Shown here: positions 9,640 through 19,486 of the stretch, piece by piece
Layout of the letters: the number at the start of each line of letters is the position of its first letter
How positions within the stretch are numbered: position 1 is the first letter of the stretch
Virus record (IMG/VR): IMGVR_UViG_3300027833_000015
Span: 32,001-96,000 of that record
Strand: one strand, 5' to 3'
From: a virus
Length of the DNA stretch: 64,000 nucleotides
Notes under the pieces: model-generated
Seen by the model: only the letters and a program-made list of their open reading frames with translations
Database searches by the model: none
Told to the model about the DNA's origin: nothing
Translations under genes and position numbers: made by a program

Positions 9640-9645
9640 CTAATC

Positions 9646-10089
9646 CTATTCTTCGTCTTCATCATCAGACAAAATATCTTCTATGTCTGATTCTGCTTCG
9701 TCTTCGTCGTAGAGACCAAGAGCATCTTCTGGTTCTTCATGCTCATCATCGCCACCCAGATCGATATCTAAGACATCTTCTGGTTCTTCATCTGCTAATA
9801 GAGCATCAACTTCTGCTTCTACTTCAGGGTCCAACTCTTCTTCTTCAACGTCGGAATCAATTTCTTCTTCCTCAGTTTCTTCTTCCTCAGTTTCTTCTTC
9901 CTCTTCCTGACCATTATACACAATATTGGCAATGCGTACTTTTTCCTGAGCAAGAGCGTCATCGATCTTACCTGCCATCAGGTCAGCAAATATCTTACCT
10001 GAGTCAAGTGTTTCGTTGCCTTTGATTGAGTGCAACAGGTCGTCTATACTTGGTGTAATAACTTCCACGTCCATTGTATCGTCTTCCAT
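9646..10089 (-). CDS. Acidic prohead core protein, gp67-like
   Basis: Very D/E-rich with short EEETE repeats; immediately downstream of the portal gene. Confidence 0.7.
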   Translation of the reverse strand: MEDDTMDVEVITPSIDDLLHSIKGNETLDSGKIFADLMAGKIDDALAQEKVRIANIVYNGQEEEEETEEEETEEEEIDSDVEEEELDPEVEAEVDALLADEEPEDVLDIDLGGDDEHEEPEDALGLYDEDEAESDIEDILSDDEDEE

Positions 10090-10133
10090 AATATTCTCCA
10101 GTTTTATACGTTACAGTTTATATAGGACAAGGA

Positions 10134-11708
10134 TTAACCTTGTTCCTTTTCGTCATCTTCAGCGTCGACTTCGACTTCACCAGATTCAATTTCCGCTTGC
10201 ATCTGCTTCTTCATGTCTTCCGCTTCTTCTTTGGTAAACCTGAACACGTTAGTCATTACCCAATCTTTGCTCAGGTATTCACCAACATATTGTGCTGCTT
10301 GATCGACCAGTTGAAGTCTTTGTGTCAATACCTCTGCGTCTTTCAACTCAGTGTAGTGATTGTCTTTGTAGAACTCAACACGAACACGGTTGTGGAAAAG
10401 TTCTTTCCAATCAGCGTCTGTTATAACACCCTTCAGTATCAACTGCTGACGCAGGATATGGGTGAACAACTTGCCGAACCGCTGGCGTAGTCGAGTGATA
10501 AACTTCTGAAACTTGATTTCTTCTCGGTTGATCTCTGTAGCACGACCGAGGGAGTATGCTGACTCTTGCTCAAGGCGAGACACAGGCACGTTCAATGCTT
10601 GGTATACTTTGCGCTGGAAGTATTTGACGTCATCAATCTCGCCAAGGTTTGTGCCACCTGGAAGTGTAGTCACTTCAGTACCACGACCACCTTCACGACG
10701 AGGCAACCAGAAGTCATCCAGCATAGACATATGCTTGCGGGAGTCTTTCAATTCACCAGTGCTTTGATCGTACACAAGTTTGTTGCGGTAGCGTGTCATC
10801 AAATCATTGACATACTGTTCTGATTTACCCTTCGGCATGTTACCAGTATCAACGTAGAAGATTCGACGTTCTGGTGCACGTGCTAAACGATAGATGATCA
10901 GAGAGTCTTCCATCATACGCAGTTGGTTGATAGGACGCAGTGCTTTGTGTAAGTGGGAGATGACTCGTGACTTTGTTTCGTCAAGCAGACCAGAGGTCAC
11001 ATAACTCACAGAGTCATTACTCAGACGAACAGCACTGGTCTTTGCACCTGCTGTTATAGTAGCGTTGGCATTCTTCTTATCATTACCGTTCTTCTCATTG
11101 TAGATATAATATTCTTCTACCTTGTCAACAACGTCGACGCCAGTCGCTGGGTCTTTCTTCTTTACAACCTGTTTAACCTTGCGCACTTTAAGAGCATCGA
11201 TGTAACGAACTTCTTGTATGCCTTCTTTTGTTTTACTTGAGTCGACGATTAGGTGGTGGTACAATCGTCCGTCTACATACCAAGAGCGGAATATGTCGTG
11301 CGCTCTTTCGTTGAATGTAAGCATGTTGAGCACATGTTGAAATTCTACATGCACTTTCTTCTTGAGAGATTCAGACATATCAACACCGTCGAGGTTTAAC
11401 TCAACAACGTTCTCGTCGTCGGGGACTACAATTGCCTCGTTGACGATTTCTTCAATTGCCATATCTACTTCTGGGTGTGTAGCGTTGGCGCGATATTTGC
11501 GAATCTGATCTGCTTGGTCTTTAAATTGGAGGTCAGCATATATGTCCATATGCGTGCCGTAATGACTGGATGGCGAGGTTACATAACCAGTGCCGTCATC
11601 GTCTGTAGGTGCTACAACGGATGCAGCGGGAATTGGATCAACCGCTTGCTGGTCTTTCTTAGATCGGTTTATTTCGAAACCGAAAAGTTTGATACCGTTA
11701 TCTGCCAT
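10134..11708 (-). CDS. gp20: Portal protein gp20
   Basis: KLFGFEI, WYVDGRLY, NQLRMMEDSLIIYRLARAPERRIFYVDTGN, DDFWLPRREGGRGTEVTTLPGG. Confidence 0.99.
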   Translation of the reverse strand: MADNGIKLFGFEINRSKKDQQAVDPIPAASVVAPTDDDGTGYVTSPSSHYGTHMDIYADLQFKDQADQIRKYRANATHPEVDMAIEEIVNEAIVVPDDENVVELNLDGVDMSESLKKKVHVEFQHVLNMLTFNERAHDIFRSWYVDGRLYHHLIVDSSKTKEGIQEVRYIDALKVRKVKQVVKKKDPATGVDVVDKVEEYYIYNEKNGNDKKNANATITAGAKTSAVRLSNDSVSYVTSGLLDETKSRVISHLHKALRPINQLRMMEDSLIIYRLARAPERRIFYVDTGNMPKGKSEQYVNDLMTRYRNKLVYDQSTGELKDSRKHMSMLDDFWLPRREGGRGTEVTTLPGGTNLGEIDDVKYFQRKVYQALNVPVSRLEQESAYSLGRATEINREEIKFQKFITRLRQRFGKLFTHILRQQLILKGVITDADWKELFHNRVRVEFYKDNHYTELKDAEVLTQRLQLVDQAAQYVGEYLSKDWVMTNVFRFTKEEAEDMKKQMQAEIESGEVEVDAEDDEKEQG

Positions 11709-11742
11709 TTTGTTTTCCTGTTTGGTAATACAATAATATAAT

Positions 11743-11773
11743 AAAAAGCAGGAGGAGTTTCCCCCTCCTGCTT
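11743..11773 (-). terminator. Terminator between gp19 and gp20
   Basis: Inverted repeat AAGCAGGAG...CTCCTGCTT followed by TTATT on the minus strand. Confidence 0.75.
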
Positions 11774-11796
11774 ATACTTAGGACGACTCGCCAACC

Positions 11797-12336
11797 TTAG
11801 TTGGTGTTGTCGTTTGTCCAGTAGTCATACTCAATAGTAACAGTGAACTGCTCGATCTCGCTTTGTTGTGAATAGTCGAGTTCGATAGCAGATATCTGCG
11901 TTGGGAAACAGTTCTTCAAGAAGTAAGTCTTGATAGGAGACTGAATCTGATCGAGTTGTATAACTTCAATGTTGGTCGCATATGTACCAACGCCAGAGTT
12001 ATTTGCAAACACACCAGAGTTTCCACCATGAGTATTCATGCCATCCATCCATGCTTCGAATGCATCACGCACTGAGAAGTTTGTATCGTTATAGACAGTC
12101 ATTGTCCACGGTTCAAATGTACGGTCGCCCGCAAGTTTGACGATACGCCCACGGAATGGGACTTCGACAGGGTTGACTGTTGATGCAGGTAAGTTTGCTG
12201 CACGACACATGAAGTTAGTCAGTTCTTTGTTACCACCAGTATAACCTGGAAAGTTCACATTGACTTCGAACATGTTAGAGCGAGCACCGCCACCTGTTAA
12301 CTTCCCTTTGAAGTCATCTACACGTAAAATTGCCAT
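11797..12336 (-). CDS. gp19: Tail tube protein gp19
   Basis: GGGARSNMFEV, VPFRGRIVKLAGDRTFEPW, FPTQISAIELD. Confidence 0.96.
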   Translation of the reverse strand: MAILRVDDFKGKLTGGGARSNMFEVNVNFPGYTGGNKELTNFMCRAANLPASTVNPVEVPFRGRIVKLAGDRTFEPWTMTVYNDTNFSVRDAFEAWMDGMNTHGGNSGVFANNSGVGTYATNIEVIQLDQIQSPIKTYFLKNCFPTQISAIELDYSQQSEIEQFTVTIEYDYWTNDNTN

Positions 12337-12360
12337 CTTTGTTTCTCCTTAGATGAGTTC

Positions 12361-14136
12361 TTAAGAAAGTGTACCAACAACTTCTTCAAAGTCAAGTCCA
12401 GCGCGAGTAGCGACGAAGTTGAGAGTGATAAAGTTGATAGAGTACGTTGGTTTGATGAATATAGAAGCAACCAATTCATTGCGCGCACGCACTTCATCAG
12501 TATTGTTTCTGCTATCACACTGGACGTAGAAGTCTTCGATACCACGACGCGATTGAATTTCACGCAGTAATGGTTCGACGATCGCTACCAATTCAGAGCG
12601 AGTAAATTCATCGTTAAACTCGAACATAAAGTTACGAGCAGCGAGTGCGACAGATTTCTCAACCGCAAGGAACAAACGACGAACATTGATGCGATCAAAC
12701 GCACTTGCTCGTGATTGCTTAGTCTTGTCACCGAACAACAGTATACCGCGACCAGCAAATTGTACGACTGGGTTTACACCAACTTTGTACAACTCATCAC
12801 GCTGTGCTTTGTTCGGGGAATATGCAAGACCAGTAGCACCGAAGTATTCACCGCGACGTTCGCCAGCAGGAGAGTACCATGGACCATAGGATGCATCAGT
12901 AGCAGCAAGCAATCCAGCAGTAGTTGAAGCGGCAGGCACATAGATGTACGTGTCGTTAAACTCGTCTGCAACTCGCAGATAGTTGTTATCAACCATCAGA
13001 TAGTTGGAAGCACTGAACTGGTTAGTGGTTTGGATAGTAGCGTCAACTGCGTTGACGTTGCCCACGACTGCTGCTCGGTTAGGAGAAGCAACAACAACGC
13101 AATCTTTGCGAGTTGCAGAAGCAATACCTACCAAGTTATTGACTACAGCGACATGATCTTCTTCTGTATTCATTCCTGGAGCGATAAGGATCTGGACATC
13201 TATCTCTTCTTTGTCTTCGAAGTGTGAGAACCCTGCTTGGTAATCAGCAACTTCAAGCACTGGGCAGTCACGACCGCCAGCAAACTGACCAGTGGCAGAA
13301 TCTTGTGACCATGTGTTTGCGCCAAAGTTTTGAACGGTTGGTCCACTAGGTGCTGTGCCCCAAAGTGTGCCGCCAATCATGTTATCCGAGTCGCCAAATT
13401 GGCCAAAGCGGACATAGTTTGAACCATTGTTTATAACGGTTCCGATGTAGTTGTCTCCACCATCAACAGTCTTTGCGCCTTTGGCAACAGAAACGTATGG
13501 GAAAACTTCGAGAACTGTGTTCTTAGTTCCGCTGATAAGACCTGCTTTGTCGACGACTGCAACGTGAATTTCGTCAAACTTGACATCGCCTTCGAGACTT
13601 GCTGCCCAAGGAGAAGTTCCTGGGAAACCATTAAAGGCAGCAGAATACTTCCAACCGTCATATGTGGCGGTCAGTGCAGCATCATCAAGGAGATCTGTTT
13701 TGAGTCGTTGGAACAATGATACTTCGATCGAGTTGCCAAGTTCTCCAGGATATTTTGCTAGGAACAACTGACTTCCAGCATAGGATTCAAATACTTTATC
13801 GTTTTCGATAAGTACTGGAACACTGCTAAGAGTGGCGTTCACTGCGCTGTCGCCAATCGGTGCTGAGTTGTTGACTTGACGGTTTAAGATAAGGTTTCCA
13901 GAGTATCGCAGATACTGCTCAGCAGAGTAGTAGTCTACAGCACGCAAGTTGTCGGGTGCCCCGAACTGTGATGCGAGTTGCTCTTTGTTTTGGACCCGTT
14001 GTGGATCGTTAACTGGACCCCATTTGAATTGCCCCACCATACCGCTTAAAGAAGTCTCAACATTTGGCGCAACGCCAGTTAGGTCGATTTCTTTAATAAC
14101 GATTGCTGGAGAAACAGAAGGTGTTGTAAGTGCCAT
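12361..14136 (-). CDS. gp18: Tail sheath protein gp18
   Basis: SPAIVIKEIDLT, GQFKWGPV, PWYSPAG, GDKT...AFDRINVRRLF, FEFNDEFTR, SINFITLNFVATR. Confidence 0.97.
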   Translation of the reverse strand: MALTTPSVSPAIVIKEIDLTGVAPNVETSLSGMVGQFKWGPVNDPQRVQNKEQLASQFGAPDNLRAVDYYSAEQYLRYSGNLILNRQVNNSAPIGDSAVNATLSSVPVLIENDKVFESYAGSQLFLAKYPGELGNSIEVSLFQRLKTDLLDDAALTATYDGWKYSAAFNGFPGTSPWAASLEGDVKFDEIHVAVVDKAGLISGTKNTVLEVFPYVSVAKGAKTVDGGDNYIGTVINNGSNYVRFGQFGDSDNMIGGTLWGTAPSGPTVQNFGANTWSQDSATGQFAGGRDCPVLEVADYQAGFSHFEDKEEIDVQILIAPGMNTEEDHVAVVNNLVGIASATRKDCVVVASPNRAAVVGNVNAVDATIQTTNQFSASNYLMVDNNYLRVADEFNDTYIYVPAASTTAGLLAATDASYGPWYSPAGERRGEYFGATGLAYSPNKAQRDELYKVGVNPVVQFAGRGILLFGDKTKQSRASAFDRINVRRLFLAVEKSVALAARNFMFEFNDEFTRSELVAIVEPLLREIQSRRGIEDFYVQCDSRNNTDEVRARNELVASIFIKPTYSINFITLNFVATRAGLDFEEVVGTLS

Positions 14137-14215
14137 TTTCGTTTCCTCGTTTCGATCGAAAAATTATATGTATCATTATAAGAATGACACTCGCCATCGA
14201 GCGTTCACATGCTCT

Positions 14216-14223
14216 TATTTATA
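14216..14223 (-). promoter_or_regulatory. T4 late promoter TATAAATA for gp18-19
   Basis: Exact consensus in the intergenic region. Confidence 0.8.
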
Positions 14224-14240
14224 CCGATTGCTATTTACGA

Positions 14241-14390
14241 TTACCAGTGGTGAATTGCATTGGCGATGATGAACAAGCAGGTAGAGAAATTCACCACAAC
14301 AATGATTGTTCGGATGACCGCAACCTTGTCTGCATCTGAGTCTGTGTTGCCAGTCTTCTCACCGACTGCCTTCGCCCAGAGATTCCACAT
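14241..14390 (-). CDS. Small 49-aa single-pass membrane protein
   Basis: MWNLWAKAVGEKTGNTDSDADKVAVIRTIIVVVNFSTCLFIIANAIHHW; fills the gap between gp17 and the late promoter. Confidence 0.7.
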   Translation of the reverse strand: MWNLWAKAVGEKTGNTDSDADKVAVIRTIIVVVNFSTCLFIIANAIHHW

Positions 14391-14394
14391 ATGC

Positions 14395-16023
14395 TTACCA
14401 GTCATCGTCATCCTTATGCAACATGCTCCATGGATCCATCTTTTCTTCGTATGTGATTTCTTCTGTGGTAGTTTGCTGGAAACCAAACGGTGGAACGTCC
14501 TCTTCAATCTGTTGCATTCTCTGGTCGAACATCATCTTCTTGATATCGATGTCAGTCAACTCTTGGAACATTGTGGTTGATGTCAGGTATCCAAACATAA
14601 CAAAGTTCATAACCAAATCATCGTGGTTACCAGAAGATGCTTCGTACGAGGCACCTTTGACTTCGAATGTAGATATCTCTAGTATAGTGTTCTCGTCTAC
14701 GATGTCAAGTTTATTTGTCTCCATCAGGTCTTTAAAACCAGAACAACCAAGACGCTTTATCCTTCTAGTCATCTCAACACCAATGCCACTCGACTTTGTC
14801 ATTGACTCCATGTGGACATTTTCATATTCCATCTCATGATAGATGCCCTGACAAACCAAAGCACCAGCATCATTTGATTCAATTACAACGTATGCCTGAT
14901 TGTAGGAATTCGCCCACTTATAGATAATATCAGGAAAGAGCAATGGAGAGATAAGATTGTTGCGATAGACAGCGACCTGCTTGAAAGGTCTGCTACTAAT
15001 ATCGATGACGTTAAACGTACTAAAATCCTGCCCCCTACCTTTCGCCACGTCGACACACATGACGTACTGAGAACCATTGCGAGGTTCATCGTATACCATT
15101 AAGTCTCCACCCTCGAGGATCTGTTTTGGTCTTGAGGTCTTCAGGTTCAACAGAGTTTCTGGATTGATCAGAGTATCGCCAGTTCCGAAGAACGTGTTTC
15201 CGAATTCCTGATCGAACTGTAATTGTGAAGTGTTAGCAATAGTCTCTTGCTTCCATGCCTCATCACGTCCTGGAACGTCCCACCAGTCAACACGGAATGG
15301 TTTGAATTCATTCACGCCCTGTACCGCACCTTCCCATATCTTATGGAACGGATTACCAATACCATTGGCAGTAGATGTCACGATGACCTTTGTGTTCTTA
15401 CCAGAAGATACAACAGGGTACGTTGATGTGTAGAACTCTGCTGCCTTTTCAACGAACGCAAACTCATCCATGAACAGTAGGTTGACCGACTGACCACGAA
15501 TGGAAGAACCTGATGTGGCGGCAGCGAATACTTTCGAGTTGTTGCTGAACTCAATCGTGCCTTTGTTCAGAGTCTTACATCCAGGTTGTAGGAAGAACGG
15601 GAGGTTCTCGAGCATCAGGGTAACACGAGAGAGCATCTCTCTGGCAGTTGCGCCTTTGTTTGCTACCACAGCAATGTTCTTCTCTGGGTGGAAGAGAGCA
15701 AACCAGAGGATGTATCCAACAGATGAGATAGACTTACCTGACTGGCGGCATGCCAGCACGATAGAGAATCGATTGCTATTGAAGTGGTTGAACATTTCTT
15801 CCTGATACGGATAAAGTTCAAACGGAACAAGACCATCGTTGAGGTTGATTACTTTGAGGTGAGTGCGAGCAAAGTATGCAGGGTCTGCCATACACTTGGC
15901 ATACTCAGCAACCTTGTCTTGAGTCCAGTCTTCTTCAATACCATCTTTCTTGACATGGGGATTGCCAAGGTAACTGGTATCGCCCTTATCCTTCGTCGTG
16001 TCTACTATCTTCGATGGTATCAT
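14395..16023 (-). CDS. gp17: Terminase large subunit gp17
   Basis: YLGNP, ACRQSGKS (Walker A), LLFMDEFAFV (Walker B), STANG, CVDVAKGRGQDFS, NHDDLVM. Confidence 0.98.
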   Translation of the reverse strand: MIPSKIVDTTKDKGDTSYLGNPHVKKDGIEEDWTQDKVAEYAKCMADPAYFARTHLKVINLNDGLVPFELYPYQEEMFNHFNSNRFSIVLACRQSGKSISSVGYILWFALFHPEKNIAVVANKGATAREMLSRVTLMLENLPFFLQPGCKTLNKGTIEFSNNSKVFAAATSGSSIRGQSVNLLFMDEFAFVEKAAEFYTSTYPVVSSGKNTKVIVTSTANGIGNPFHKIWEGAVQGVNEFKPFRVDWWDVPGRDEAWKQETIANTSQLQFDQEFGNTFFGTGDTLINPETLLNLKTSRPKQILEGGDLMVYDEPRNGSQYVMCVDVAKGRGQDFSTFNVIDISSRPFKQVAVYRNNLISPLLFPDIIYKWANSYNQAYVVIESNDAGALVCQGIYHEMEYENVHMESMTKSSGIGVEMTRRIKRLGCSGFKDLMETNKLDIVDENTILEISTFEVKGASYEASSGNHDDLVMNFVMFGYLTSTTMFQELTDIDIKKMMFDQRMQQIEEDVPPFGFQQTTTEEITYEEKMDPWSMLHKDDDDW

Positions 16024-16366
16024 AATCTGCTTTCACTTCCTTCTCATTAATGTCTTTCAACATACGTTGCAGGTCTGTAGTAGAACCGATGAACACATTG
16101 GTGTCGCCAGCAGGTAGTGCTGCTTGCTTCGGTTTGTCTTCTTTCTCAATATTCTTTTTCTGTTGGTGTAGGTTCATCAACTGGCCAGAAACATCAGCAG
16201 TATCCTTCATCAGTTTAGCAAGGACTTCATATGCACGTGGGTGCTCAGACGCTTTGGCGACCTCAAGCATTTCTTCAACGCCATCCCTACCCTTGCAGAT
16301 CATGTCATACAGAGTTTCGCGAGCAAACTCGTAATCATTATCCTTGTCTTCTTTATCGTCACTCAT
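15986..16366 (-). CDS. gp16: Terminase small subunit gp16
   Basis: DYEFARETL, SEHPRAYEV, NVFIGSTTDLQRML. Confidence 0.93.
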   Translation of the reverse strand: MSDDKEDKDNDYEFARETLYDMICKGRDGVEEMLEVAKASEHPRAYEVLAKLMKDTADVSGQLMNLHQQKKNIEKEDKPKQAALPAGDTNVFIGSTTDLQRMLKDINEKEVKADYDTIEDSRHDEG

Positions 16367-17007
16367 GACATCAACATTCCTTTAGTGTACAGAGTATATA
16401 GGGTTTCTACACCGCAGGCAAATGCAATGGAAACGCTCGCTCTATACTTGTCGTTGTTCTCTATTCCATGTACTCGTTCAGTGTCAGCAACATAACAGGG
16501 TGACCAACCAACAGACAGCGTTCCTCCTTCTGGTGGATAGAAAGTGAGAGGTGCCCAGTCTTCACCAGAGTATGGTGTCAGAGGCAGGAACATAACTGCT
16601 TTGCGTGGTTCGTTATAGATTTGATAGTCTGTGTGAGGCGACATGAAACCATTAGGTGCGCACCTTGATAGAATTATATACGACAGGTGCTTCTTTGCTT
16701 CTGGGTGTATCAGGTTATACAGTGTCCTGATCTCTGGTTCTTGACCGTTCCAGATCAAGTCAATGCCTTCGTTGGCAGGAGTGGTTCTTATTATATGTCG
16801 CACACTATTGACATGATCTAGGTCACGGGTCTGCCACTGTTCGATAACATCCCGAGTCGGGTCATCGCCTGACCAACTTGGTGCGGTATCGAGTTTGGAT
16901 TGTTTGATCAGAACTTCCCGCAATTCAGCAGGAAGTTCAGTGCCATCTACGTGGAAGAAGTAACCTTCTTCACGTGCGGGAGTGTGGTACAAATTGGTCA
17001 CTGTCAA
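16363..17007 (-). CDS. Putative 2OG-Fe(II) oxygenase (Asp/Asn beta-hydroxylase-like)
   Basis: HxD motif (MSPHTD), distal His (RVHGIEN) and Arg (KYRAS) of the double-stranded beta-helix fold. Confidence 0.65.
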   Translation of the reverse strand: MTVTNLYHTPAREEGYFFHVDGTELPAELREVLIKQSKLDTAPSWSGDDPTRDVIEQWQTRDLDHVNSVRHIIRTTPANEGIDLIWNGQEPEIRTLYNLIHPEAKKHLSYIILSRCAPNGFMSPHTDYQIYNEPRKAVMFLPLTPYSGEDWAPLTFYPPEGGTLSVGWSPCYVADTERVHGIENNDKYRASVSIAFACGVETLYTLYTKGMLMS

Positions 17008-17767
17008 GTATGCTCGTCACAATAGTATAATCAGAATCAGCAGAGACGGGTAATGGGTTCGTTGTTACACGAACTGTTTCTGCATAGTCAGAGTCATTTG
17101 GCACTGTACCATCCATGGCATATAGATCTATATCTATGCGGTTGATAAGTGCAGTGTCATCTGCTTTTGGACCATAGAAGTTTATCTTCATATCAAACTG
17201 TAGCGTGTATATGATAGTCCGTCTTGCTTCCATAGCACCTTCAAAGTCATCAGTGAATGCGACTGACTGTAGAATGATAGGAACATCTTCTACTATGTCG
17301 ACATCAGAAAGAGGTTTGACTGACAGAGTGTACTGTGGACCAAAGTATGGAAGTATCTGCTCAACGACTTGCAATGCATCATCGTGCTGCTTGGCATATA
17401 TACTTAACTCAAACGAGATGATGTATGGTGTGGGTGAATAGAACTTCTTTCCATTTCCAGGAGTATCTCCTACACCCTTGAATGAGTTCATCTTCGGCAT
17501 CTGACGTTGTGCATCATACTGCATGTTCACTATCTCGAATGACATCCGAGGTAGTTTGATTGCGAGTTGCCTTTCATTGTCTTCACCGTTGTTCATCTCA
17601 GCAATGCGCTCGAGGAACTTACGCTGGGGAGCATATGCCAAAGGCACCTTCATCTGGTCGTATGTGGTTGAACCTTTCTTGCGAATGATATACAGGTTGT
17701 CGAACATCGCACCAAAGATGGCAACAGACTTTCGTACACGCTCGTTGTAGAAGTGCTTGCCGAACAT
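16970..17767 (-). CDS. gp15: Tail sheath stabiliser / terminator gp15
   Basis: MFGKHFYNE, KVPLAYAP, LPRMSFE, QVVEQILPYF, RRTIIYTLQF. Confidence 0.95.
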   Translation of the reverse strand: MFGKHFYNERVRKSVAIFGAMFDNLYIIRKKGSTTYDQMKVPLAYAPQRKFLERIAEMNNGEDNERQLAIKLPRMSFEIVNMQYDAQRQMPKMNSFKGVGDTPGNGKKFYSPTPYIISFELSIYAKQHDDALQVVEQILPYFGPQYTLSVKPLSDVDIVEDVPIILQSVAFTDDFEGAMEARRTIIYTLQFDMKINFYGPKADDTALINRIDIDLYAMDGTVPNDSDYAETVRVTTNPLPVSADSDYTIVTSILDSDQFVPHSRT

Positions 17768-18681
17768 TATATGATTCCTCCAAAGGGATTAGTCTCACTG
17801 AAGTCGAGGAACTCAAACGCAGATACGCTGAACGAGTCTACAGTGCCATCGGCACCTCCAGGACTTGCTGGTTGTATCTCCTGTAACTCTTGTATGAGAG
17901 TTGGGGTAGCAATAGCACCCGACTCTGTACCGATAACAGCAATGGATGGGGTGAATTCCCTGTACTCGCCAGTGTTGTTACCGACATGTGCAAGATACAA
18001 TTGGTTGTCACCGTCAGCAACGTCAGAATCTTTCCAACCAACAACCTCACCATTGACGATATGATTGGTGTGCGTCTGTGTGACTGTTTCGCCTCTGATA
18101 TAACCAACAGAAGCAGAGTCCATAGTCAACTGGTATTGGTACGCTGCATATTCTTCTATGTCGTCTACCTCTGGTACACCAGTCTCAAAGTCGGCATTGG
18201 TGAATTCAAACAACTCGCAACGCATCTTGAACACAGGCAGTTTGCCCAGTTGATAGAATGGGTTCTCGTCTTCCACCTTCATTATCTCGAAAGTAGATCC
18301 ACTCAGAGGCACGTGGATAAGGTCGCCTTCACGTGGGCGATAATATTTCTCTTCTGTTGTCTCTTGATACTTGCGTATCTCGTTGTTCCATCGTCGACGT
18401 GCCATGAGCAGGGTTGCTGCGTCACGTATCTCTACGCCAAACTTAGAGAATAGATCTCCGTCACCGTCAAACCCTTCGAGGTTTTCTAGGTAGACTTCAA
18501 TCCTGTATGCATAAGCAAAGCGAGAAAGAGTCTCATCATTGAATATCATATCACGTGCTACAACCTCGCGTGGGAGATAGTAGATGTCTGTTCCGAAGAA
18601 TCTCATGGACTCGATAATCAAGTCCTCATATAAATTCTGTTCAGAGCGAACGTTGTGTCGGAAATGTCTGGAAGTTGCCAT
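17767..18681 (-). CDS. gp14: Neck protein gp14
   Basis: EQNLYEDLIIES, GDLFSKFGVEIRD, RPREGDLI, PFYQLGK, DFSETNPFG. Confidence 0.95.
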   Translation of the reverse strand: MATSRHFRHNVRSEQNLYEDLIIESMRFFGTDIYYLPREVVARDMIFNDETLSRFAYAYRIEVYLENLEGFDGDGDLFSKFGVEIRDAATLLMARRRWNNEIRKYQETTEEKYYRPREGDLIHVPLSGSTFEIMKVEDENPFYQLGKLPVFKMRCELFEFTNADFETGVPEVDDIEEYAAYQYQLTMDSASVGYIRGETVTQTHTNHIVNGEVVGWKDSDVADGDNQLYLAHVGNNTGEYREFTPSIAVIGTESGAIATPTLIQELQEIQPASPGGADGTVDSFSVSAFEFLDFSETNPFGGII

Positions 18682-18684
18682 TGT

Positions 18685-19449
18685 CTATCCTACAAAGAAA
18701 TCAGGTGGAACTTCTTGCTCCAACCGCATGCGCTCACGCAACTCGGTTATCTCTGCCTTTGCTTCTTCAAGGATCTGACGACCAGATATGGTCACGCCAC
18801 CTGGAAGTTGCATACCTTCAAACTTGGACATGTTCTGACCCCACTGCTCTTTGATCAGGGCAGTCGTAAAGTCTTTTACAAACATATCATTCCAAACAGA
18901 ACTATGGGTGCTCGGGTCGACTGATTGATATACTTCGAATGCAACGTGCTTGCCTGCTACGAGTTGGCCATCTTCGATGTCACTGTGTATGTAAACTCGG
19001 TTTGCTCGTCGAGAGAAAGTGATTAAAGGGAGACCATTTAACTTCATGTCAAGCATAGCAAGGTGTTGCTGGGTCTGCTCGTAGTATGCCATACCACCTG
19101 TGCCGTACCCAGCACCAGTTCTATTTCCCATGTCGCTCATGGCGAACTGGTACTGGAAAGAGAAGAAGTTTGAACTGCCTATCATTGCGCTGTTTACAGG
19201 AAACATCTTCGTGACAAACAAGATGTGGGCAGGGATGTCGACATATTTGTTCGCAATATCATCCTCAGTCATCTGGTGCTCGTAGTAGACGCGCTCGGTT
19301 GCGTCACCGTGAAACTCTTGATAGACTTGAAGTGCGTCATCGACTTTGTCTTCTATCTGATCTTCATCGACGTTGATTTCGATGACAGGTTCACCGAGTC
19401 GTCGTAGACTATAGTCGATGAGTCCTTGCCTTGTAGATATAATCGCCAT
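18685..19449 (-). CDS. gp13: Neck protein gp13
   Basis: LRRLGEPVIEINVDEDQ, ALIKEQWGQNMSKFEGMQLPGGV. Confidence 0.95.
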   Translation of the reverse strand: MAIISTRQGLIDYSLRRLGEPVIEINVDEDQIEDKVDDALQVYQEFHGDATERVYYEHQMTEDDIANKYVDIPAHILFVTKMFPVNSAMIGSSNFFSFQYQFAMSDMGNRTGAGYGTGGMAYYEQTQQHLAMLDMKLNGLPLITFSRRANRVYIHSDIEDGQLVAGKHVAFEVYQSVDPSTHSSVWNDMFVKDFTTALIKEQWGQNMSKFEGMQLPGGVTISGRQILEEAKAEITELRERMRLEQEVPPDFFVG

Positions 19450-19478
19450 TGTATTACCCTAGTATGTTCTGATAGTTC

Positions 19479-19486
19479 TATTTATA
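19479..19486 (-). promoter_or_regulatory. T4 late promoter TATAAATA for gp13-17
   Basis: Exact consensus upstream of gp13. Confidence 0.8.
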
